A DNA stretch of 64,000 bases, taken from contig DASZXC010000003.1 in the NCBI GenBank assembly GCA_035546035.1, forward strand, positions 64,479 through 128,478, given 5' to 3'. The notes under the pieces are model-generated. The model made no database searches. It was not told the origin of the DNA and was given only the letters and a program-made list of their open reading frames with translations. The DNA comes from Minisyncoccota bacterium (GTDB lineage Bacteria > Patescibacteriota > Minisyncoccia > Phycocordibacterales > UBA6065). A program made the position numbers and the translations under genes. Below are positions 1 through 11,218 of this stretch, piece by piece. How positions within the stretch are numbered: position 1 is the first letter of the stretch; every line of letters begins with the position of its first letter.

Positions 1-1102
1 GGTCACGTACGTGCCTTCGAACGCCCTCTGGATATTGACCCTCGGCATGTCGGGCCTCTTCGTCGCGGCGCTCCGGGAAGACAAGGCTCTCGCGTCGAGC
101 CACTTCTCGATCATCGGCAGGCCGGCCGCATCCTTTGTATCAGTGCTCGTCTCGGTACTCGCCCTCATCGGCGCCGTGTCGTTCGGCTACTTCGTCGCCG
201 TCAAGAGCCTCTCGAGCGTTTATTACCAGAAGGGGGTCGTCGCCCTTAACGCCTCGGGCGACCTCGACAAAGGCGAGGCTGATATATTGAACGCGATCTC
301 GCTCTCTCCGGCGCCTCTTTATTACCAGTCCGTCTCCGAGATCTATCTTGCCCGGCTCAACAACCTCTTCAACGATACCAAGATAAGCCAGACCGAAGCG
401 CAGTCGAAATTCCAGAGCCTCCTCGGCACCGCTATCCAGGCGGCGCAGGCGGCGGTCGCGGCTGATCCTACGGATTATAGGAATTATATGACGCTCGGCC
501 GCGTATTCGAGGCGGTCGTACCGCTCAACATCGAAGGCGCGTACGACAATGCTAAAAAGGCATATGAGCAGGCGCTCGCTCTCAATCCGCAGAGTCCCGA
601 GGTGTATCTCGTTATGGCCCGCCTCGAAGTCGCTAAGAAAGACAACGACGCTGCAAAAGCGGATATCGACGAGGCGCTGAAGCTCAAGAACGACTACGCC
701 GACGCGATATACCTCCTCTCGCAGATCCAGATCTCGGAGAACGACGTGGACGAAGCGATCAAGTCCGTTTCAGCGGTCGCCACGCTCTCGCCGTCGGATC
801 CGGGCATATTCTTCCAGCTCGGCCTTCTCTACTACAGCAAGAGGGATTATCAGAACTCGACCCTCGCGCTCGAGCGCGCGGTGGCCTTGAATCCGCAGTA
901 CGCGAATGCGAAGTACTTCCTCGGTCTCTCTTACTATCTGACCGGCGCCAAAGACAAGTCGCTCCAAGAGTTCCAGGACCTCGCCGCATCGAATCCTGAC
1001 AGCCAGGAAGTGAAGAGCGCGATCGCCGCCCTTGAAGCGGGCAAGTCGCCGGTTCCTGCGTCGAACGCGGTCAATCAGCCGAATCTGCCGGTTAAGCAGT
1101 AG
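1..1102 (+). CDS. TPR-repeat membrane protein, 5'-truncated by window edge (likely O-antigen ligase/TPR type)
   Basis: TM helices followed by multiple TPR-like repeats (e.g. ALALNPQSPEVY, AVALNPQYANAKY); lies upstream of murJ. Confidence 0.7.
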   Translation, partial: VTYVPSNALWILTLGMSGLFVAALREDKALASSHFSIIGRPAASFVSVLVSVLALIGAVSFGYFVAVKSLSSVYYQKGVVALNASGDLDKGEADILNAISLSPAPLYYQSVSEIYLARLNNLFNDTKISQTEAQSKFQSLLGTAIQAAQAAVAADPTDYRNYMTLGRVFEAVVPLNIEGAYDNAKKAYEQALALNPQSPEVYLVMARLEVAKKDNDAAKADIDEALKLKNDYADAIYLLSQIQISENDVDEAIKSVSAVATLSPSDPGIFFQLGLLYYSKRDYQNSTLALERAVALNPQYANAKYFLGLSYYLTGAKDKSLQEFQDLAASNPDSQEVKSAIAALEAGKSPVPASNAVNQPNLPVKQ

Positions 1103-1118
1103 GGAATAATAGGCCGGT

Positions 1119-2810
1119 ATGGTCAAAAGGATACTTTCATTCGTCGGTCGCGAGATAAGCGGTCTCCATGAGGCCGCTTATCTGCTTGCCATATCGTCTG
1201 CCGCGTCCCTGGTATTCGCGCTCGTCCGCGACAGGCTCCTGGCACATATACTCGGCGCTTCGCCCGCGCTTGATGTGTACTATGCGGCGTTCCGCGTGCC
1301 GGATTTCATCTTCGTCGCCGTCGCCTCGCTCGTCTCGACGTCCATATTGGTGCCGTTCCTGATCGAAAGCAGGGAAAAGGAAGCGGGAGGCGCGGCAGGG
1401 GAATTGAAGACATCTATCCAGAGCCTTTTCTCGGCGTTCTTCGTCCTGATCTTTGCGGTATGTGCCGCGGCGTTCTTCCTGATGCCGTGGCTCGATCGGA
1501 TGCTTTTCCCGAAGCTCTTCGGCGAAGGGCTGGGGGATACGCTCGTGACGACGTCGAGGCTCTTGCTCCTCTCGCCCGTGCTCCTGGGCTTCTCCTCGTT
1601 CTTCGCGTCGATCACCCAGATGCAGAACAGGTTCATGGTCTATGCGGTCTCGTATCCGCTCTATAACATAGGCATCATCGCCGGCATCGTATTCTTTTTA
1701 CCGCATATGGGCGTCGCGGGGCTCGCATTGGGCGTCATCCTGGGCGCATTGTTCCTGTCTTTGACACAGATACCGCTTGTCATCAAAGACGGGCTTTTCC
1801 CGCGATTGTCGGTGCGATTCGACTGGTCCAAAGTCCGCCGCGTGGCCGCACTGTCCGTGCCGAGAACGATAACGCTCTCGTCCCAGCAGCTTACGAACCT
1901 CGGTTTAGTCTCGCTCGCGTCGTTTCTGGGAGCCGGTTCGATCTCTATCTTTAACCTGGCATTGAACCTGCAGTCGGTGCCTCTTTCCATCATCGGGGCG
2001 AGCTATTCATCCGCCGCATTCCCGGTATTGGCGAAACTAATGGCGCAGAAAGAGAGGGAGGCGTTCTTGGGCAAGATGATATCGGCGGCCAAGCACGTCA
2101 TATTCTGGTCCATGCCGATCACGGTATTGTTCGTCGTCCTGCGCGCGCAGATCGTCCGTGTGGTTCTTGGATCGGGCGAATTCAGTTGGTCGGATACGAG
2201 GCTCACCGCCGCAGCATTGGCATTGTTCGTCATATCATCGTTCGGGCAGAGCCTCATGCTCCTGTTCGTGAGGTCGTTCTATGCCGAAGGCAAGACCGCT
2301 AAGCCGCTTCTGATCAATATGATAGCGACTGCGGCGACCATAGGCATGGCATTCGGCTTGATAAAGCTGTATCATGCGGCGCCGTCGTTCGCGCTCTTCG
2401 TCCAAGCCCTCCTCCGTACCGACGGCGCCGCCGACTCCGCTGTCCTGATGCTTCCGCTCGCGTTCACGCTCGGCGCACTCCTCAATCTCTGGCTCCACTG
2501 GCGATCATTTGCGCGGGAATTCCCCGGCTTCACGCGGCCCGTCATGACGACCGCCTGGCATTCCGTCGGCGCGTCCGTCGTCGGCGGATATGCGGCATAC
2601 CTGTCGCTCGGTCTCTTTGACGATATATTCGGGCTCACCACGCTCTTCGGCGTATTCATGCAGGGTTTCTGCGCCGGGCTCATCGGCATCGTCGCTATCG
2701 TCATCGTCCTCAAAGCCATGAAGTCGCCCGAAATGAAAGACATCCACGAAGCGATCGCGCACAAAGTGTGGAAAGTAGACAAGGCGAGCCTGGATCAGTT
2801 GCCGTCATAG
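1119..2810 (+). CDS. murJ: Lipid II flippase MurJ/MviN
   Basis: RDRLLAH..G...LDVYYAAFRVPD N-terminal motif; many TM segments. Confidence 0.9.
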   Translation: MVKRILSFVGREISGLHEAAYLLAISSAASLVFALVRDRLLAHILGASPALDVYYAAFRVPDFIFVAVASLVSTSILVPFLIESREKEAGGAAGELKTSIQSLFSAFFVLIFAVCAAAFFLMPWLDRMLFPKLFGEGLGDTLVTTSRLLLLSPVLLGFSSFFASITQMQNRFMVYAVSYPLYNIGIIAGIVFFLPHMGVAGLALGVILGALFLSLTQIPLVIKDGLFPRLSVRFDWSKVRRVAALSVPRTITLSSQQLTNLGLVSLASFLGAGSISIFNLALNLQSVPLSIIGASYSSAAFPVLAKLMAQKEREAFLGKMISAAKHVIFWSMPITVLFVVLRAQIVRVVLGSGEFSWSDTRLTAAALALFVISSFGQSLMLLFVRSFYAEGKTAKPLLINMIATAATIGMAFGLIKLYHAAPSFALFVQALLRTDGAADSAVLMLPLAFTLGALLNLWLHWRSFAREFPGFTRPVMTTAWHSVGASVVGGYAAYLSLGLFDDIFGLTTLFGVFMQGFCAGLIGIVAIVIVLKAMKSPEMKDIHEAIAHKVWKVDKASLDQLPS

Positions 2811-2972
2811 TATTCCACATACCTCGTCGGGGTCGCTGTCTGGCCCTGCTGGGCCAGCGCTCCCGCTCGGCCCGTCGGCCTGTGCGAGACCCCTCCAAGG
2901 CATGTGGAATACCATGAAGCCAAAAAAACCCGCAGAGCGCTTGCGCGATGCGGGTTTGGAGGGTCTCGGGAC

Positions 2973-3203
2973 CTAAATGATCCCGTCTTTCTCTGCGCGA
3001 GCCTTATCCCTCGACGTGACTTTCACCATCGCGAGGTAGAAGGGGATCATCGCAAAGAGCGAGAGGCTGAACGAGAGGTTTTCAGGGAGGACAAGGCTTA
3101 GAAACGTGTGAGCCGCCATTGACGCACCGTAACCAGTAAGCATTGCCGTGAAAACCGCCATTGCCTGACGCTTGATGTAGATGTTCTTTTTGTAAGAGTT
3201 CAT
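2973..3203 (-). CDS. Small hypothetical membrane protein
   Basis: 76-aa ORF with 2 hydrophobic segments; TTGACA-N18-TATAAT promoter just upstream on the minus strand. Confidence 0.55.
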   Translation of the reverse strand: MNSYKKNIYIKRQAMAVFTAMLTGYGASMAAHTFLSLVLPENLSFSLSLFAMIPFYLAMVKVTSRDKARAEKDGII

Positions 3204-3346
3204 GAGTATCTGTCTATATTATACACCTAAAATAGCCATATTGTCAAGTCCAGGAACGGCCTCAAATAAGGATAAAATTGGTCAAAACCCGCGAACTATG
3301 ATATTTTGGCCTCACTGGGCCGCAGGCCTCTATCGACACTCTCGCT

Positions 3347-5191
<1,845 letters not shown>

Positions 5192-5249
5192 GTTTGACGG
5201 GTTTTCAAATAAGGGTAGTATCAGGTTCGAAACTAAACCTGTTCTTACT

Positions 5250-5765
5250 ATGGAAACTAATATGCACCACACGCTCGCGGCGCTCGAAGCGCGCCGGCAG
5301 TATCATGAAAAGCGCATCAACCTCATCAGTGCCGCGCTCTTGTTTTTGACGGAGCGGGGCTCGATCTCGCAGGACGGCAGGATCGTCTTTCAACTGTACC
5401 GTCAGCAGTCGAGCCCCGAAGGCGCGGCAAGGAGATGGGAAGGCAACGACTTCCTTGAGACGCTCAGGCGCGCTCTCGCCGAAGTGGAATCGGAGAGGCG
5501 GGGTCCGAGCAGAATCTTCCGCTTTGAGCTCTTCATCCAGGTCGACGACTTCCGGGTCGCCATCGATCCGAAAGACGCTCGGGCCCTTATTCGGGAGATC
5601 GCTCCGGAAATGCCCGTTGAGAAGCGGTTCGACTTCACTCTCGATTCCCGCATCTCCGACGAGGTCGGTCCGATGGTGTTCGGTCCCGGCGACCATCCGC
5701 CGTCGGTGTGGTACGACTGGGAAGAGATCCCTCATCCCGCGGCTGCCAGTCATTGGAAGAGCTGA
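5250..5765 (+). CDS. Hypothetical protein
   Basis: 171-aa ORF followed by a strong hairpin; no recognisable motif. Confidence 0.5.
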   Translation: METNMHHTLAALEARRQYHEKRINLISAALLFLTERGSISQDGRIVFQLYRQQSSPEGAARRWEGNDFLETLRRALAEVESERRGPSRIFRFELFIQVDDFRVAIDPKDARALIREIAPEMPVEKRFDFTLDSRISDEVGPMVFGPGDHPPSVWYDWEEIPHPAAASHWKS

Positions 5766-5775
5766 TCTAATAAAT

Positions 5776-5805
5776 ATGCCCCGCGCACGTACGTGCGCGG
5801 GGCAT
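5776..5805. terminator. Perfect 30-bp palindrome, bidirectional terminator
   Basis: ATGCCCCGCGCACGT/ACGTGCGCGGGGCAT between convergent ORFs. Confidence 0.7.
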
Positions 5806-5816
5806 TTCATTCCTCG

Positions 5817-5927
5817 CTAACGGTATAGAGAAGGGATGTAGAGGAGGATCATCGATACGACGATGAGGACCGCGATGGCCCCCCAGACGATGTTCAGGAT
5901 CTTCCTATGCTTCGGGTTAAGTAACAT
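5817..5927 (-). CDS. 36-aa single-TM small protein (not in ORF track)
   Basis: MLLNPKHRKILNIVWGAIAVLIVVSMILLYIPSLYR; basic N-terminus plus TM helix; ends at the palindrome. Confidence 0.6.
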   Translation of the reverse strand: MLLNPKHRKILNIVWGAIAVLIVVSMILLYIPSLYR

Positions 5928-5942
5928 GCTATAAAGTATACC

Positions 5943-6320
5943 ATGAGGGAATTCCAGGAACGCCGCCGGATAAAAAGGCTCCTCCATTCGCGCTATGCGA
6001 TCGCCGCTCTCGCGATCATGTGCCTCTTTCTGGGTCGAGGGGTCTGGAACGTGTATGCCAAATATGAAAAAAGTCGCGACATATCGGCGCGCATGGAGAC
6101 CGAGCTCTCGGCTCTCCAGACCCGCGAGGACAGCCTGAACGGCCAGATAGTCGCATTGGGCACTCCTGAAGGCAAAGAACGGGAGATACGCGACCGATTC
6201 GGCGTCGTGAGGGCGGGGGAAAAGATGGTCGTGCTCGTGGACGAGGCTTCGAATACGGATCAGACGGCGGCCGTGGCGGAGATAAGCTGGTGGGAGAAGC
6301 TCCTAAGCCTTTTCAGATAG
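5943..6320 (+). CDS. Septum formation initiator (FtsB/DivIC family)
   Basis: TM, coiled coil, E.EIRDRFGVVRAGEK motif. Confidence 0.8.
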   Translation: MREFQERRRIKRLLHSRYAIAALAIMCLFLGRGVWNVYAKYEKSRDISARMETELSALQTREDSLNGQIVALGTPEGKEREIRDRFGVVRAGEKMVVLVDEASNTDQTAAVAEISWWEKLLSLFR

Positions 6321-6342
6321 TTTTAATGGTATAATGGGCATT

Positions 6343-6579
6343 ATGAAAAAAGTAGAGATATATTCGACCCCGGTCTGCACGTACTGCGCCGCCGCAAAAG
6401 ATTTCTTCAAGAAGAACAACGTAGAGTATACGGAATATAACGTGGCATCCGACCAGGCCAAGAGGGCAGAGATGCTCGAAAAGTCAGGCCAGATGGGCGT
6501 GCCGGTCATCGACGTAGGCGGCGACATCGTCGTCGGATATGACGAGAAAGTGCTCAAAGAGCTTCTCTCGATAGCGTAA
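6343..6579 (+). CDS. Glutaredoxin-like NrdH-redoxin
   Basis: YSTPVCTYC, SGQMGVPVI. Confidence 0.9.
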   Translation: MKKVEIYSTPVCTYCAAAKDFFKKNNVEYTEYNVASDQAKRAEMLEKSGQMGVPVIDVGGDIVVGYDEKVLKELLSIA

Positions 6580-6588
6580 GACGGATCG

Positions 6589-6618
6589 GCCGCGCGACCT
6601 TTGGTCGCGCGGCTTTTC
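6589..6618 (+). terminator. Intrinsic terminator
   Basis: GCCGCGCGACC-TTT-GGTCGCGCGGC followed by TTTT. Confidence 0.65.
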
Positions 6619-6640
6619 GTATGCTATAGTCATTTTTGCC

Positions 6641-6712
6641 GCCTTCGTAGTTCAATGGATAGAATAGCTCACTCCTAACGAGTAGATCCAGGTTCGATTC
6701 CTGGCGAGGGCA
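6641..6712 (+). tRNA. tRNA-Arg(CCT)
   Basis: Cloverleaf; anticodon loop CT-CCT-AA; T-loop TTCGATT. Confidence 0.9.
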
Positions 6713-6754
6713 CAATAGCCTTGTTTTCGAGCCTTTTTTCAGTATACTAGTCCC

Positions 6755-7003
6755 ATGACCCCTGAAGAGCGAGACCTCCTCCAAAAGACCTACGAGCTTG
6801 CACGGGAGAGCTCCGAAATACTTCGAAAGATACAGCGTTCGCAGAGGACCGCCGCGATAGCCAAGTTCATGTACTGGGCGGCCATCATCGCATTGTCTTT
6901 CGGAGCGTATTACCTCATACAGCCGTATGTCGAGACGCTCAAGGGTTCATTGAACGATATCACGGGAAACAGCGAAGTCGTATCCAGTTTCGGTCAGTTC
7001 TAA
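6755..7003 (+). CDS. Small hypothetical membrane protein
   Basis: 82 aa, one TM; TATACT 6 nt before ATG. Confidence 0.7.
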   Translation: MTPEERDLLQKTYELARESSEILRKIQRSQRTAAIAKFMYWAAIIALSFGAYYLIQPYVETLKGSLNDITGNSEVVSSFGQF

Positions 7004-7018
7004 AAGTCGGTCAAATAA

Positions 7019-7094
7019 GCTTGGATAGCTCAGTTGGTAGAGCACTTCCCTGAAGAGGAAGGGGTCCCCAGTTCGAACCTGGGTCCAAGCACCA
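7019..7094 (+). tRNA. tRNA-Phe(GAA)
   Basis: Cloverleaf; CTTCC-CT-GAA-GA-GGAAG; encoded CCA. Confidence 0.95.
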
Positions 7095-7104
7095 AAAGCA
7101 CCCT

Positions 7105-7764
7105 ATGTTTATCGAGCGCAACATCTGCAATCCCGAAGCACGAACCGGATGGATCGAGGTCATCGCAGGCTGCATGTTCTCGGGAAAGACCGAAGAGCTC
7201 ATCAGGAGGCTCAATAGGAGCGCTATCGCTCGCCAGAAGGTGGCCATATTCAAGCCCAAGGTAGACAACAGATATCATGCGGACAACGTCGTATCCCACG
7301 ACAGGCGCGTCATCGAATCGGTTGCCGTCGCATCCGCCCGCGATATACCGCCGCTCGTCGAAGGCATCGAAGTCGTCGGCATAGACGAAGCGCAATTCTT
7401 CAACGAATCGATCATAGACGTCGCGAACGAGCTTGCCAATTCGGGGAAGCGCGTCGTCATCGCCGGTCTCGATATGGATTACACTGGCAAGCCGTTCGGC
7501 CCCATGCCGTATCTTCTCGCCATCGCCGAATTCGTGACCAAGGTGAACGCTATTTGCGCGAGGACGGGCGAGATCGCTTCGTATACGTTCCGCCATCCCG
7601 GCGAAGACACGGCCCAGGTGCTCTTAGGCGAGAAGGACGTATACGAAGCCCGCGGCCGCCGCGCCTTCTACGAAGGCATGGAGAGCAGAGACACATATGC
7701 CGCGGCTCCAAAAAAGAAAGCCGCGATCAAAGGCAAGAAGGCTGCCAAGGCGAAGAAAAGATAG
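7105..7764 (+). CDS. tdk: Thymidine kinase
   Basis: GCMFSGKTEELIRR; IDEAQFF. Confidence 0.95.
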   Translation: MFIERNICNPEARTGWIEVIAGCMFSGKTEELIRRLNRSAIARQKVAIFKPKVDNRYHADNVVSHDRRVIESVAVASARDIPPLVEGIEVVGIDEAQFFNESIIDVANELANSGKRVVIAGLDMDYTGKPFGPMPYLLAIAEFVTKVNAICARTGEIASYTFRHPGEDTAQVLLGEKDVYEARGRRAFYEGMESRDTYAAAPKKKAAIKGKKAAKAKKR

Positions 7765-7773
7765 GATAAAGAG

Positions 7774-7833
7774 CATAAATATATACAAAAATCACCCCGC
7801 CAGGCCTTGGGGTGATTTTTGTATATATTTATG
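7774..7833. repeat. Long inverted repeat (25-bp arms), family copy 1
   Basis: CATAAATATATACAAAAATCACCCC-N10-GGGGTGATTTTTGTATATATTTATG. Confidence 0.85.
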
Positions 7834-7837
7834 TTCG

Positions 7838-8287
7838 CTATACTGACTTCACTCGCAACTTATTCTGCTTCGATTTGTCTACTTTTGGTAACTTAATCGT
7901 GAGCAACCCGTGGCGCTCGATGGCTTCCGCTTCTTCCACCTCGATCTCCTCCGGAAGCATGATCGTTCGCGAGAAAGAGCCCCAATAGAGCTCTTTATGG
8001 AAATAGTCATGATCATGGACTTCCGCCGATTCCTCGCGCTTGCCTTTGATGGTAACCATATCGCGGGTGATGTTGATGTCGAGGTCTTCGGGGCGGACGC
8101 CCGCGACCATCGTCTTCAAAACGATCTCCTCGGGGGTTTGATACACGTCGACCGTGAGCTGGCCTTCTTCTTCGGACTCATCCAAAATGCCGCGGGCGTC
8201 GGCATCCGCTTCTTCAATAGCCTCGTCTTCCTCTAGTTTGACGGTGCCGGTGAGCCTTTCGAAGAACGATTTTTTTGATGGTTGCAT
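7838..8287 (-). CDS. Hsp20/alpha-crystallin small heat shock protein
   Basis: VDVYQT, ELYWGSFSRTIMLP, GLLTIKLPK. Confidence 0.92.
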   Translation of the reverse strand: MQPSKKSFFERLTGTVKLEEDEAIEEADADARGILDESEEEGQLTVDVYQTPEEIVLKTMVAGVRPEDLDINITRDMVTIKGKREESAEVHDHDYFHKELYWGSFSRTIMLPEEIEVEEAEAIERHGLLTIKLPKVDKSKQNKLRVKSV

Positions 8288-8292
8288 GCTAT

Positions 8293-8988
8293 TTAATTAT
8301 GGAGCTTCTTCGCTTTTTCAAAGAGGAGGAGTATGCCGAGAGCGGCCGCCCATACGCATCCGAAAACGAAGAATGTCTTGCTTCCGTTGTCGTATATTAT
8401 AAACAGGTTGAAGACCGCGTGCAATCCGATGGCGAGCGCCAGGCCGAGCATCCGCCATATATTCTGCGCGGCGCGGCTCTTATAGAATTCGCGGGCCATG
8501 GAATAGCCCAGGATCGCCGAGCAGACGACGTGGAGGAGGCTCGCTCCCACAAAGCGCATATTGCCCGTGACGAGGCTGCGCATCGTATCGCCGTCCACGA
8601 GCGGATTCAGTATGAAGAGCGCGTTCTCGAGCGCCGCGAAGCCGAGCGCGACCGTGATCATGTATTCCAGCGCGTCTATCGGCTCGTCGAAATCGCGGGT
8701 GCGAAGGGCGAAAAGCCACGCTGCGGAGAGCTTGAGGCACTCTTCGACGACGGCCCAGAGGAAGAAGGTCTGCGGCGCGAAGCCGTAGTGTTCGGCGATA
8801 GCCTTTTCAGGGAAATAGGCGAAGGGAACCATGGCCATGCCGCCGAGGAAGGCCGTCAGGATGCGGCTTCGAGGCTCGGGGTGGAGCTTGTCTTCCTGGG
8901 CCCAGAACCACAGCCATACCAGAGCGGGCAATATGCCGCCCAAAGCGGCATACGAGAAGCTCGGCAATGTGTTCATTATATCGGCCAT
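8293..8988 (-). CDS. PrsW-family intramembrane metalloprotease
   Basis: VVEECLK, GFAALEN, LH motifs. Confidence 0.88.
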   Translation of the reverse strand: MADIMNTLPSFSYAALGGILPALVWLWFWAQEDKLHPEPRSRILTAFLGGMAMVPFAYFPEKAIAEHYGFAPQTFFLWAVVEECLKLSAAWLFALRTRDFDEPIDALEYMITVALGFAALENALFILNPLVDGDTMRSLVTGNMRFVGASLLHVVCSAILGYSMAREFYKSRAAQNIWRMLGLALAIGLHAVFNLFIIYDNGSKTFFVFGCVWAAALGILLLFEKAKKLHN

Positions 8989-11159
8989 GTTTCGATGATG
9001 AGGGGCTTCTTGTTGGCGATCGGCATGTCGGACCAGATCTCTTCGGTCACGAACGGCGTGAACGGATGGAGCGCGCGGAGCGAGCCGGCGAGGATATGGA
9101 GCAAGAGCTGCTTGCGCGACGCCTTGTCCGCGTCCGAGCCTTCAGCGAGGATCTTCTTCGAAGTCTCGATGATTATGTCCGCGAATTCATGCCAGATATA
9201 GGCATAGAGCTTCTCTGCGACGAGATAGAATTTGAGCTCGTCCATCTCTTTCGTCGCTTCCTTCAATATCTCGCGGAACTCCTCGACGATCTTCTTGTCA
9301 TCGGCGCTCCACGCGGAGAATCCGGCGTCGAGCCTTTCGTCCCCGGTCGACGAGAGCACGAAGCGGGCGATATTCCAGAGCTTGTTGGCGAAGTTCTTGT
9401 AGGCGCGGATCTTGTCTTCGGACATCTTGGTATCGCTGCCCGGGCCGATGCCGACGATAAGCGACATGCGCACGGCGTCGGTGCCGTATTTTGCTCCCAT
9501 ATCGAGAGGGTCGATGATGTTGCCGAGGGATTTCGACATCTTCTGGCCCTTCGCATCGCGCACGAGGCCGTGAAGGTAGACGGTCTTGAACGGAATATCT
9601 CCCACGAGATATGTAGACATCAATATCATGCGCGCTACCCAGAAGAATATGATGTCGTAGCCGGTCTCGAGGACGTCGGTCGGATGGTATGCCTTCAGGT
9701 CAGGGGTGTTTTCAGGCCAGCCGAGGGCCGAGAAAGTCCACAGGCCCGACGAGAACCAGGTATCGAGCGTGTCCTCGTCCTGTTTCCAGCCTTCGCCCGG
9801 CGAAGCGAGCGATACCTGCATCGCGCCGTCCTTGTACCAGACGGGGATGCGGTGGCCGAACCATATCTGGCGCGATATGCACCAGTCGCGGAGATTCGAT
9901 ATCCAGTTCACGTATACTTTCTGGAATCGATCGGGGACAAAGGCGATATTCTTGTCAGCCTCGAGCATGAGCTCCTTGAGCGACTTGTTACCCCTGGCAG
10001 GGATCTTCTTGTTCACGTCGACGAACCATTGCAATTTCGGCAATGGCTCGATGATACCGCCCGTTCGTTCGGCGGTCGCCATATTCTGAGGGATCGTCTC
10101 CGTCTTTTCGAGCAAGCCTTGCGTCGCGAGCCATTCGACGACCGCCGCGCGGGCATCGAGGACTTTCTTGTCCTTCAAGAGCGCCGAATCGGCGGTCATC
10201 TTCGCGAATTCGTTTATGACCGGTATGACGGGGAGCTTGTGCCTCTGGGCGATCTCCCAGTCTATGTGGCTATGCGCAGGAGTGACGCCGACGGCGCCGG
10301 TACCGAATTGCGGATCGACCGCATCGTCGCCGACGATCTTGATATGGATCTTCGCTCCGGCGAATTCGGCGTCGTATTCCTTGCCTATGAACTGCTTGTA
10401 CCGCGCGTCTTCAGGATGGACGGCGACGCCCGTATCGCCGACCTTGGTCTCCGGGCGGGTCGTGGCGATGGAGATAGGGAAGTCTTTGGAGTATTTGAAC
10501 GTATAGAGCTGTCCGGCGCCTTCTTTGTAGTCGATCTCGTCGTCGGAGATCGTCGTCTGGCCCTTCGGATCCCAGTTCACGATGCGATAGCCCTGATATA
10601 TCAGGGCGTCTCCGTGCATGCGCTTGAACGCCTCAAAGACCGCCTCGCCGCGCTTTTCGTCGAGCGTGTATGCTTCGCGCGACCAGTCTACGGAAGCGCC
10701 CATCTTCTTGATCTGGTTCGTAATGGTGTCATGGCTTTCCTGCGCGAACTGATTTACGCGCTTGACAAGCTCTTCGCGGCCGAGGTCCTGGCGGCGCTTG
10801 CCTTCTTTTTTATATATCTCGGTCTCGACTTTGGATTGAGTGGCGATCGCTGCGTGGTCGGTGCCCGGAAGCCAGAGCGTCTTGAATCCCTTCATGCGCT
10901 TGTAGCGGACGAGGATGTCCTGTATGACGAGCATCTCGGCGTGGCCGATATGGAGCGTGCCGGTCACGTTCGGCGGCGGCAGGACGATGGAGAAAGGCGT
11001 CGCGTGGCGCGGAGGAAGCTTGTCGGGATTGAAGTAGCCTGAATCTACCCAGGCCTTGTATACGGCATCTTCCGTAGCTGCAGGGTTATAGGGCTTCAGG
11101 AATTTGGCCGGTATGTTCGCAGGAGGATAAGGCTGCGGGAAGGGCTGCTTTGGCTCCAT
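8976..11159 (-). CDS. valS: Valyl-tRNA synthetase (lacking the C-terminal coiled coil)
   Basis: PPPNVTGTLHIGH, DWCISRQIWFGH, KMSKS. Confidence 0.97.
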   Translation of the reverse strand: MEPKQPFPQPYPPANIPAKFLKPYNPAATEDAVYKAWVDSGYFNPDKLPPRHATPFSIVLPPPNVTGTLHIGHAEMLVIQDILVRYKRMKGFKTLWLPGTDHAAIATQSKVETEIYKKEGKRRQDLGREELVKRVNQFAQESHDTITNQIKKMGASVDWSREAYTLDEKRGEAVFEAFKRMHGDALIYQGYRIVNWDPKGQTTISDDEIDYKEGAGQLYTFKYSKDFPISIATTRPETKVGDTGVAVHPEDARYKQFIGKEYDAEFAGAKIHIKIVGDDAVDPQFGTGAVGVTPAHSHIDWEIAQRHKLPVIPVINEFAKMTADSALLKDKKVLDARAAVVEWLATQGLLEKTETIPQNMATAERTGGIIEPLPKLQWFVDVNKKIPARGNKSLKELMLEADKNIAFVPDRFQKVYVNWISNLRDWCISRQIWFGHRIPVWYKDGAMQVSLASPGEGWKQDEDTLDTWFSSGLWTFSALGWPENTPDLKAYHPTDVLETGYDIIFFWVARMILMSTYLVGDIPFKTVYLHGLVRDAKGQKMSKSLGNIIDPLDMGAKYGTDAVRMSLIVGIGPGSDTKMSEDKIRAYKNFANKLWNIARFVLSSTGDERLDAGFSAWSADDKKIVEEFREILKEATKEMDELKFYLVAEKLYAYIWHEFADIIIETSKKILAEGSDADKASRKQLLLHILAGSLRALHPFTPFVTEEIWSDMPIANKKPLIIETWPI

Positions 11160-11218
11160 AAGTATAGAAAATCATAGCAAATAAGGCCTAAAATGAAAAT
11201 TGCCTGAGCGCGTTGCTT

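Noticed and set aside
8967-11042. Long antisense ORFs (691 aa opposite valS; similar ones opposite clpB, gyrA, trxB, rpsA)
   Set aside because: Shadow frames of high-GC coding genes; no protein motifs.
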